From positions 23,808,001 to 23,872,000 of the forward strand of contig OZ281498.1 in assembly GCA_965637545.1 (NCBI GenBank): 64,000 nt of DNA, read 5' to 3'. This stretch comes from Phallusia mammillata (lineage: Eukaryota). Of this stretch, positions 23,101 through 35,100 are shown piece by piece; within the stretch, counting starts at the first letter, position 1, and each line of letters opens with the position of its first letter. The notes beneath the pieces are model-generated. The model saw only the letters and a list, made by a program, of their open reading frames with translations, was not told where the DNA came from and made no database searches. The position numbers and the translations under genes were made by a program.

Positions 23101-26100
23101 TCGGCAAATCTGACAATGCTGAACTAGAAGAAGGTGACGACCTCAAACCAAAAAATACAAGACTGTTGTCATTGTCGTCGGAAGACGAGGATGTTGAACT
23201 TTGTTTGTCAGCTTCATTTTCTTCAGCGTCTATTAAGTCCATGACTTTCGATTCAAGAAGTTGGGAGATTGACTGCAGCTCATCGCTTTCTGCCCAAGTT
23301 AATTTTATACGAGGATCCAAAGTTGATGCCAAGGCGAACTTGTTATAGTGTGACAAAGACCGAAAATATGCCTCTCTTGCTGGTGCAGATTGAGAATCTG
23401 GTTTTCGAAAACGTTTTTCGATTTGCTCTTTGAGGTCGGATACAAATCCTCCTACACCTGGAACCGTATGTGTCAGACTTTGTTCTTGAAAAAATCCCAA
23501 TTTCCGTTGTATACCCTTCACGAGTGGTAAAACAATACACAGTGAGGCTTCCTTGCTACTTATTTCGTTTGTAGCGTCATCAAAAACTTTAAGCACTTTT
23601 ACCAGTGATTTAACGGTTTCCCATTGATTAAAGGACAGTGTGTCACATATTCCACGCAACGACAAGCAGTTGATGACATCCTTTTGCTCAAGTAAGCGAG
23701 CAAGCATTGCATAAGTAGAGTTTCATCGTGTGGCAACATCCGTTATTAAACGATGGGTTGGTAATCCTCGTTCCTGTTGCTCTGCTTTTAACTTTTGGGC
23801 GTCACGGGAAGAGCGGTGGAAGTGACCTACAATCGATTTTGCTTTAGATATAATATCTCTTACTGTGCGCTGCGCACGATTTGAGCTTAAAGCAAATTGA
23901 ACCACAAGGTTTAGTGTGTGTGCGAAGCACCTAATATTAAAATACTTTCCATTGTCTATGGCTTTGGTCATATTTGCAGCATTGTCACTCACAATTGCAT
24001 ACAGTTGAATACCCCATTCTTCCCTTTGTCTGTCAATGAGGTTCAATATGGCGTGAGCAGTATGCTCGCCAGGAAATTCAGTACAAACCAGAACAGGTGC
24101 AAACACCTTCAGATCCCCCTTATCCCAAACAATGCAGTTTGCAGTTAAGCTGAGATAAGACGTCCCACACATACTTGTCCAAATGTCAGTAGTGGCGCAA
24201 ACAGGGCTTGCGGCATTGCTTATTGTTTCCTTCATTTTCTTTTTAACAGAATTGTACATTTCTGGTATAATCTGTTGAGTGAAATGTTTACGAGAAGGCA
24301 GGTTGTACCTGGGCGCAACTTCAGCCATCAGTCGACGAAATCCAGGTTTTTCAACGATGGAAAAAGGACAAAAATCTACAGCAATCATTTCTGCAATTTT
24401 TGCTGTCACTTTTGTTGCATAAGGATGAGAAGGTTCAAACCGTGTTTTTTTGGCAAAAACTTCCTTCAAAGTAGGTTGCTTGGTTGCCGCCTTACCTAAC
24501 GCTCTTTTATCTGCTTTGGTTTCCAAGTCGTGTTTTTGTCTCAAATGTCTTAACATGGACGTAGTGGTGTACGACAAAGGATCTTTTCCCCTGCTACTGC
24601 TGGCACTACAAAGCTTGCAGGTTGCTAAACACTCGTTAAGTTCTGATATAGTAAAATATTCCCAAGCGCACGAAGATTTTGACGCCATGTCTGACTTTTA
24701 GAATGAGCACATACGTACTTCAAATACACAAGACAAGACTAGTCTTTAAAATCGTTTGGTTGCACATGTTCATTGCGAAAACAAAGGAACAAATGATCTA
24801 TTGTGATCTTAACAAACCCGTTTGTGAGTTGGCCATTACTTTATTGTGCAATCAGTGCTTGCGCAATTTTAAATTTAGTTGAGAATAAGTTTACATTTTT
24901 TTAATGCTCGGCTCAGATCGGGCGACTGCTCGGCCGAGCGCCGAGCATCAAAAATCGAGATGCTCGGTACCGAGTACTCGGGTTCTGGCTCGGTTCGGCC
25001 CATCCCTAGTATCTAATGTGTGCACCCAAAATAGAACTTCTAATAGCAAACCAAAACATGCATCAAGTTTGTAGAGCTCTTCTGGCAAATGTATTTTTAT
25101 TCAGACATTTCAACGTCCTATACAGGTCGTCTTCATCAGGGTAAATAACACTGAATGCGACTAGTACAGTGCATATATATTGTATGTATATTGCAGATAT
25201 TGATAACTTGTATGTATTTATTGCAGATATTGAGCCAGCAAAACCGGAACCAGTTACTTACATCCAACTGGACAGAACCCAAGAAATACAGGTGGGTTTC
25301 ACTTGTCACAACCACAGTTTGTAAATGTCCAAGCTGTGGTTGCTTTGTTTGTGAAATATGCACTGGGTCATGTAACAACCTGCACTCCTGATGGCAAACT
25401 TGAACCCCACTTAAAATAGTACGTGAAAAATGAAACTGCTATTACTAACAGAACAAAAGCAAGGTTGAAATCTTTACATGCTCTTGCTTTTCTGTTCTTA
25501 TGTCACACTAGTTAGGCATGGAGAAACATGGGATTAAGCTGCAGTTCAGAAATTGCTTCATGAACTTTGATTAACTGGGTGTTGACCCATTTATATACTT
25601 CTATTAAACTTTATGCAACAGTATTCACCAATGATTTAACATAGTTTATTGCTGTTTAGGAGTCGCGTCTTGAGCTTCCGATACTTGCAGAGGAGCAAGC
25701 TATCATGGAAGCAATAAAGGAAAACAACACAGTGATAATCTGTGGGGAAACTGGGTCTGGAAAAACTACGCAAGTACCACAGTTCCTATACGAGGCTGGC
25801 TATTGCAAGTAAGTAACAAAACAATATGTATTTCTTGCTGATAAAAGTAATGTAGTATATTCATTACATGCTTACAAGCAAACAAAGAAACACTGATGCA
25901 GCATAACTTGCCTAGTTTTCTTATGCCATTAACCAGAGAATTTTCTCAACAAAGCTATTGTTTGGATTTACTATCCTTTATGTTTTGTACAGGTTAAAAT
26001 TTATCTAAAACTATGAATACATTAATGTGTGTATTTACTCAGATAAATCAGTCAATTCTTGTACTTTGGCATAGTCTTTTATGGTGTTGTATACTTTGAA

Positions 26101-29100
26101 CAAAATGATCCATGCCTTTGTTTGTGTTGCACAGTGGTGGTATGATTGGAATCACTGAACCACGAAGAGTTGCGGCAGTCAGTATGTCCAAACGGGTTGC
26201 CACGGAGATGAACCTTCCAAGCAGCAAAGTGTCATACCATATAAGGTATGTATGTTTTTAATGAGGATATTCAGGTATTTCATGCTAACTGCAACAAACT
26301 TATTATTCTACTAATATCACCAATATGTGTTTTGCAACTATATCAGCCAAATCCGCCATTCACCATTTGAGACCTATTTTTACACTTTATTCAATTTTGA
26401 ACAGGTATGACAACAATGTCACGAAGGACACACGAATCAAATTTATGACGGAAGGCATTCTCACGCGTGAAATGAAAGCAGATTTTCTGCTCTCCAAGTA
26501 TTCTGTCATAATACTCGATGAAGCTCACGAGAGGACGGCTAACACTGATGTGCTGATTGGTCTACTGTCAAGGATTGTGCCATTGCGAAAAAAGGTCTGT
26601 TGAAATTTTCAACTTGAAAATTGAGTTGCTTAAATGGTAAAAGATGGTAAATGTGTGTTTAAATTTTGGTTTGTAAACCTTTGTAGTGATTTAAACAGAA
26701 TAAACACCCATATACAGTTGTAATACTTGCAATTGTTCCACCAAGTAGTGTTAGTGTGTATAAAAACTGTATATAGGTGTACCAAACATTTAAAAAGTGT
26801 ATCAATTGATTTAAAGACCCCATAAGACATGTGAAGTTTTACCTAATATCTGGAAAAGTGCATTATGTGTGTAGCTGTTTAAAGGTGATCTATTCTTTTA
26901 GAAAGACAACCCGCTGAAACTGATCATAATGTCGGCTACTCTGCGAATTGAAGACTTCACTGAAAATCGGAACTTGTTTAAAATTTCACCACCATTATTA
27001 AAGGTATAAAAATTTAACCAATTAAATCTTGACAGTTTTTGCTGTGTTAATTTATGTTAATGTAAAGTCTTGTTATAATAATTGTCATGTCAGAACATAT
27101 AGCTTTTGATTCTGCAACCCTGGTTGGGTTATGAACATTTTGTTTTCAGATTGACGTCCGTCAGTTTCCCGTAACAGTTCACTTCAACAAGAAAACTCCA
27201 TTTAGCGAGGATAAAAACCAGTGTCCATATCTTAACGAAGCCTATAAAAAGGTAATTTATGTGCTATATGCTTGCTAATTCCAATTGCCTATAAATAGGT
27301 TACCCTAAGCTCTTTCCGCAAAACCATGCCATAAACGTCTTGGGCAGAGGTCTAGATGGTTTTTGATGGCACGCCAACCGATTTGCGTGTTTATATTGAA
27401 GTAACAATTTAACCTGTTACACGGCTTGTTTATAGTTTTTATCATGTCATTGTCTGAAAATTCAGCCTTACATGCACAAAACACTCTGCTTTCTCTTTAT
27501 TATTAATATGTGATGGCACGAACCACTATTATTTGGAAAAACTTTCGAACGCGAGATCATTTACACATGGAAATAACAAGTTAATTGGCACGCGTCACCT
27601 AAAAGGTTGCCGATCCCTGCCCTAGGGGTTTACAGAACCTGATGTTGGTAACCACTGCTTTAAAGTGAGCAATTATGCTAAGACTCCAAGAGCATCATAA
27701 CAAACCATATAATAAGTGATTACTGATTATAATCATTCTGTCACTGAAATTTACAAAATATTACATATTTCGATTATGGTTGCATTTTGTTTGTGTAGAT
27801 TTGTAAAATTCATCGAACCCTGCCCTCTGGTGGATTGCTTGTGTTCGTAACAGGAAAGCAAGAGGTTCATGCGTTGATGCGAAAACTCAACAACACTTTT
27901 CCAACAAAACAAGTGTTGAAAAGTCAAGACAAAGTTGCTGGAGAATCTGGTAATAATGAGTTGCATCTCTTTTGGGTCTAGTGTTGAAAAGTGTGGGTGT
28001 AAGTGACAAATTGTCACAGCTCCAAATGACTTCACTGGACTTCTAAACCTAATAAATTGGTCAAATTTGCAGTACTTTTTGTTGTGCCATGTTCATGCTG
28101 TGTCTAAAGAGAGTTTTAAACTATGCTTGATTTGTTTGTTTGGCTGTGGTTTGATAACTTTCGAACTGAAATACAAGTAAAATGTTTGGCTCACTCTATA
28201 GTGGAGCTACACTGTCCAAAGACAAACATGTTACCCTGTATGCTTCATAAGATTGTGTGTTGAACTATTTGATGTTTAGGTACACAATGCATAGTTTCAA
28301 ATGTTCTGAGCAACAAGATCATAGCAAGTATTGCATGTAAAACATCTGACTTTGGGCTTTTTCCTCAGATAATTCAATGTTTACATTTGTAGTTTTATTA
28401 AAATTCAGATTTTTTCTTGCTATGAAGATGTTTATTGAGCTAACTTGTTTCAGGAAACAAAATGCCAGAAATAAACTTGGATGATTACAAAACCGAGACA
28501 TTGGATACTTCTATTGATGATGACTTTGATGTAGAAGATATACCTGGTGGAAAACATTTGATTTCTGATGATGAAGACAATTCCGACTCTGAAATACACT
28601 TGGTAAAAATTATTGTGTTTCTTTTTAACCTAAAGGAATAAAAAATTTTAAGTTAAAACAGTACAGCTATTACAGCTGAATATGTTTTTTACTTTTAAAT
28701 TTCCTGCAGTCATGAATTAATGACCCAGAAGTTTTACAACTCAGTTGACACAGTAAATCTTCTACACTTCATGTTTCAGGATGACAGTGCTTACACTAGT
28801 GAATGTGACTCGACTCTTCCTCTTCATGTACTGCCACTTTACTCTCTACTGACACCTGCCAGACAAAAGCTTGTCTTCGAACCACCACCAGAAGGCTGCA
28901 GGTAAAAAAATATACACTATAATGTCGATCAGCAATTGTATGTGATATGCTATTAGATTTTTCCAGACTTACTTTTATATTAAACAAAACCTTAATGTAT
29001 TGTACCAAATTGAAACTACAATATACCAATAGGGATAAAGCAAACTGGCAGAGACTTTGGTTCTGCTTGTTTATGTAAAGAACAACACACTTATTTCTCA

Positions 29101-32100
29101 CTTTTATTGTCAGGTTGTGTGTTATTGCTACAAACGTTGCTGAAACGTCGCTTACAATTCCAGGGGTGAAATACGTGGTCGACACTGGAAAAGTGAAAAA
29201 GAAAATGTATGACAAGGTGAGCAAAGTCAAAAACTGGTAACATTCGACCACAGTTGTGCAATAACGAAACACTAATTGTTTCTGGATCAATTTGTATGCA
29301 AAACAGTTCAAACTTGTACTTAAATCAAGATTTTACTCATAAAAATCAAAACATTTTACTTACTAAACCTTGTTAGGAAACTTGCTTTAACAGGAAATAC
29401 TAGCATAGTGAACACACCACATGTAACGTATCATACCTGGCATTACCTTTTTCAAGAGGATTTTGCCTGTAAACTTGTTTTTTGCTGCCTAAACTGATCA
29501 TATGACATTGTTAACTAACTGCAGCCTGTCAGAAAATGTGCCTTTTTATCAAGTGCTTGTGTACAGGTTTTTTTTAAGGTTTGGTTTGGGTGACCGCTAA
29601 GTAGTTTTAAGAGACAGCAAGTGTTTCATTTAAATACCAAAAAATAGCCATATTTGCTTAAACGAATTATTTATTAGGCTAATGGCCAAATTTTGGGAAA
29701 CCGCTGGAAAAATTTAAAAACACCTTAAAAAAACACTGCTTGTGTATATTAAGACACCTTATATACATTATGATTAACCTGACATTTACAATATTCAGAC
29801 TACAGGAATATCCTCATTTCAAGTTACTTGGGTTTCGAAGGCTTCAGCCAATCAGAGAGCAGGAAGGGCGGGGCGTACAGAACCCGGTCATGCATATCGT
29901 CTCTATTCTTCAGCGGTTTTCCAGGATTTTGACGATTTTGATTTGCCAGAAATTTCGACAAAGCCAGTAGCTGGGTTAGTGTTACAGGTAAATAGTTATG
30001 GGTCCCCTTCCCTGAAGGGGACACATGTTGATTTTACTCGATTTGTTTGTTTGTTTTTTCTTTTTCTTCTTTTTTTTCTTTTTTTTCTAACCTGAAGTTT
30101 GTCCACCCTCTTTTGCCATGAAATGTTTGATGGATTTGAATGAAACTTTCACAGATGGTAGATATAGTTATGTAGATGTGCCATCTGCCTTGTTTCACTC
30201 GATAGCCCCAGTATTTACCCCACCAGCCCCCAAAGTGTAAAACGTTTTTGTATGTTGCTGCGCACCACAAACAGAAAATTTCTGTGGTGTAATAGTATAT
30301 TAAAGGCAACATACATACCTCGCTTGTGTTTGTGCAATACTTGGTGGACGATTTTGCTAGGGATGTGCCAAAATTGCAAACGTTCTGTTTGGTCGAGCAC
30401 CGAGCATCTCATGTTAATGCTCGGTGCTCGGCCGAGCACGCTCGGTGCATTATGACGTCACAAAAAATCCCCTTTCTACGTTTTAGCTCTACAAGGCCTC
30501 TTACGTCACCAGCGGTGTATTAAGCTGTACAGGCCTCAGAAGTACAGGTTTTTCCACAATCTAATACATTTGAAAAATCATTTGTTTTTGTTCATAGACA
30601 CCCTTTCGAGCACTAGTTATACCTATGTTAGCAGGGCATGAATATGCAAATTTAATGCTCGGGTCAGTTTGTGCAACTGCTCGGCCGAGCACCGAGCATC
30701 AAAAATAGCGATGCTCGGTACCGAGTACTCGGGTTCTGGCTCGGCTCGGCGCATCCCTAGATTTTGCACATACCAACCAGAGGGGTGTTAACAGCCTTAT
30801 GACGTCAGAAGTGTTAACGAATGTTGCTAATGACACCTCTAGTGGTCAGAAGTTTAAACATTGGCCGATTTGGATGAAATTTTACATGACTGTTGATTGG
30901 GTCATTGTGGGATTTCATATTTTATACTTTTGGGTGTAGAACCCATTAGTTGCCCCACTCACCCCCTAAAATGGGTGAGTTTTTTAAACAGTGTCGGAAT
31001 TAAATGAAATTGGACAGCTTGCGGGAAGACTTGGTGGACGTTCCTGCACATGTCAGTCAGAGGGGTGTTAACAGCCTTGTGACGTCAGAAGTGTTACAAA
31101 TGTTCCTAATAACACCTCTAGTGGTCAGAATTTTAAACATTGGCCGATTTGGATAAAATTTTACAGGACTGTTGTTTGGGTCAATGTGGTTTCACATTTT
31201 ATATTTTTGGGTGTAGAACCTCATCAGTTACCCCACTAACCCCCTAAAATGGGTGAAATTTTTAAACAGTGTCGGAATTAAATGAAATTTGGACAGCTTG
31301 CAGAGTTTGTCATGTATATGTGTCAATTGTTGTGTTTAACCCTGTAGTCCCAATATTTACCCCTCTTGCCCCCTAAAATGGGTGAATCTTTTAAACAATG
31401 TCTGAATTGGATGAAATTTGGATAGTTAATATATTATGTCATTTTTGGGTGTCGATTGTTCGGTTTCACCCTATAGATTTAACATTTACCTAACCAGCCC
31501 CCTAAAATAGGTGTTTTTTTGAAACAGTGTCGGAATTGAATGAAATTGGACAGCTTGTACAATTTGCTATTTATAGGTGTTGATTGTTGTGTTTCACTTT
31601 ATTTTGCCATTATTTACCCCTTCATTCCTACAAATAGAACACTAAATAGGAAATACTACAATGTGTGAATTGAATCAGATTTGCATTACTTTTAATAGCA
31701 TGATTATTTAAGCCAGGAACTGACCACAGTATTTTCTTAAAGCACCAAACTTACTGATGGTTATCTTATGAAGTGCATTGTTTTTAACTTTGCATGTGTG
31801 GGGGACCCATGAGTTTCTGCCTGCAGAAACAAGTAAGGTTATAAAAGTCATTAGGTGATATGGGACCCAATATAAAATAAGTGTAGGGAGTATATTAACG
31901 TTTCAAAATAGGTTAAAGTGTATATGCAATGGCAATATGTGCTGAGCCACCCTTCTAGTTTTATGTGAATAAACTCGAAATAACTTTGTAATGGTTCGAT
32001 CAGCCTTGAAGACTTCATACATTTACTGTAATTTGCATGTGTACGAAATCGAAAAAAGAAACTAACAACTTTTTGTTACCAGATGAAATCTATGCATATT

Positions 32101-35100
32101 GACCGCGTTGTAAATTTTCCCTTTCCTACCCCTCCTCCACTCGTAGCACTAGAGAGCGCAGAGAAGTTGCTGATTGCATTAGGAGCTGTCAATCAACCTC
32201 CACCGGCTCCAACATTAAGAGCTACAAATAAATGTAAGTTGGGTTTAAAATGTAATTGTCAAAGACAAACACTTGGATTTTTTGGACTTCTGCATTTGTT
32301 ACTGACTCCAAAATCTTTGTAGATTTTCTTGTTTATACACAGAAATATATTTAACAAAATATTGTGTGTCCAAGGGCCAATCATTTGAAACGTATTCTTT
32401 GTTGTAAATAAATGTTATTGCAAACGTTTAAGAAATCAACGCTAAGTAATTTTTTGTCTTTGTTGTTTTTAGGGTAAAATAAACAACTTTTGTGTTTTTT
32501 AAGCCATTCCATCAACTTTTGTAATGTTTGAAACGTTATTGAAACTTTCAACAAACAATTTATTTAAATTTAAGGATAAAAAAGTTTTATTTTATGCTGA
32601 AATCGTATTTTTTTCAGCTCGAAACAGCGGCAAGATTACCGAACTTGGCAAGCTAATGTCATCATTTCCGGTTCATCCGCGATTCGCGAAAATGATCGCC
32701 ATGGCAATAGAACGTCGGTCTAAAAGTAACGTCATAGCCTACGTCATCACCATTGTTGCGTCACTAACTGTTCGGGTAAGTCAACACGGCCGGTGTTAAC
32801 TGAAAAATTGAAAACAACGACTTTGCTCTGATGCAACATAACGTACTATTGGCAAAAGCTCTTTCAACTGAAAAGAGTTTGTAGTTTACAGACTACGCGG
32901 GACTCGGTGAACTACATGTTCATTTCTTTGTGTTTTAGGAACTTTTCTTTGCACCGTTGGCAAGCGAATGCGAAGCCTCCGACAAGGTTTGTGTAAAAAG
33001 TACAAATTTGTTATTTTTATTTGATGAGCCATACGAACTGCTGTGTGATTTTGACCAAAGTTAGATTTTCACCCATGCTGTTAAACTCATATTAATTCCT
33101 TGTCCATTTTCCCGAGCTCTATAAGCAAATATCAAGCTCTTGTAATGGAATATTTTTGTTGTGCCAAATTAGTATGTGCTACAAACGTAAATATGCCTGT
33201 TAGTAATGGGAAATATATTTATTTTAAATACAGAGTCCATGACTTCAGACAAGTTTTCGGTTAAAAAAGTTTTTTTCTTTAATACAATAGGTTTTGTTTT
33301 TATTTTCGTCAAAAATTTTATTTACAAAAGTTTTTGGTTCAATTCTCAACATTCAAGGACAAGGTTCGTCAAATCAGAGCACGTCTCCAGCACTTGAAGG
33401 CGCTATGGAGCAGCGTGGGCGGTGGGGCGGAACGTAAAGCGCTCGGTGACCTCATGGTGCTATTGGGGGCAGTTGGGGCAGCTGAATATTCCGGTGCTTC
33501 CCCTAGCTACTGCGCCTCGCATTGTATCAGGTACACCCAATTTTTATCAGTGTATAACTCAGTGGTCCCAACCTTTATCAACAAATCCCTCAAACACATT
33601 TTATCCTCCCTATTAGATTACATAGTAGATGCTAAATCCTTGATGTTTTATTTCAAACGAAAACCGTGGTTATGTTTTAGTACAAGAACTTTCTTTACCA
33701 TGTTAGTTTTGATTTGCTTTCAAACTGGCTTTTATTTACATTAACATTCGGTGAGCTATTAGTAGCATCATTTAGCATGAAATGGGCATATAAATATTAT
33801 TGTAAATGACAGAAACGAATAAAGCAGTGGTTCCCAACGTTTTTTTTCCATCTAATTCCTCACTTTACAATTCAAAACAGTTTTATACCTCCCTAATAAA
33901 CTACATAGTAGATGCTAAACCATACAAAGATCATTTAATATTAGCCCATTTATTAACATCACAGGTTATATTCTCTGAGCGATAGTGTAAAAAATTAAGT
34001 ACACTTCTCCCCTCAAGTTTTTAAATTTCTAACTTGGGAGGAATTCCTCCCCGGTTGGAAACCACTAAACTAACCGGAATTTGCGTTTACCCGGAATCAC
34101 TATGAACAGTACAGGGTTGTTTGGTATTTACAATCCATATGCACATAAATTGATATTGCGATTAACCGGAATTGACTGTAGTAGACAGTTTGTCATTTTC
34201 TTGTTTTTTCGTATTTCAGGCCCAAAGCGCTTTTGGAAATTCGAAAACTGCGCGCTCAGCTCACCAACACGATCAACTACGTCATCACTGATTGTGACGT
34301 ATGCATAGATCCAAAAATGCAGCCTCCCACCGATGATCAGGTATTTGAAATGTATACATGTCATATATAGACCGAGGCAAGGCAGTACTCGTGTACTCGG
34401 CTCAAAGCAGAGTTGCAAAATCGGGCTGGACTTTTCGTTTGATGCGACCGTATATCTCACGTACGATGCAAACAGTTACTTGAAAAATTGTGAACAATTT
34501 CCCTTCCTGAGTGTTGTAACATTTTGAAGTCGTAAATGAGACACAATCGCAAACCTTAGCCTTTGTGTTTAATTTAACACACAGTCATAACAGGTCAAGG
34601 CCAAGCAGTACCGCTTTGTGATTTGTCGAAATTCATTACATTTACCCCTCCACGGTAATAACATTTTATTTGCTCTAGGTTCGCTTGCTTAGGCAAATTA
34701 CCGTAGCCGCGTTCGGCGATCACGTGGCCCGATTAATTCCGAAGAATCCCGATGTTCCCGCTTCGGAGGCGAAGAAAATGCGTGGGGCGTATCAGTGGTT
34801 AGTTGGCGTGCAATATACGTTTACATCCAGGAGGTTTGCAAACTTTGACACGCCGTGTACTTTGCAGTCTTCTCATGGACGAACCCGTGTTCATTCACCC
34901 GGAATCGGTGTTGTCACGTGATCCGTTGCCCGCCTACGTCACGTTTCAAGAAATCGTTGAGATGGACGGAGGGAAACACCCTTACATGAGAGGTAATCAT
35001 CTTAAATAAAGTTCTTTCAGAAATAATTCTTTTCTATGCCACATATCAGTTAGCAACTTGAAATGTTACCTATTTTTTGCATATGAATAGTCTTAATTTG

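Noticed and set aside
22886-24688. Stop-codon read-through or selenocysteine at the transposase TGA; domesticated ZBED gene
   Set aside because: The TGA replaces a conserved Trp by one substitution, a second lesion exists, and TIRs and TSD are intact.
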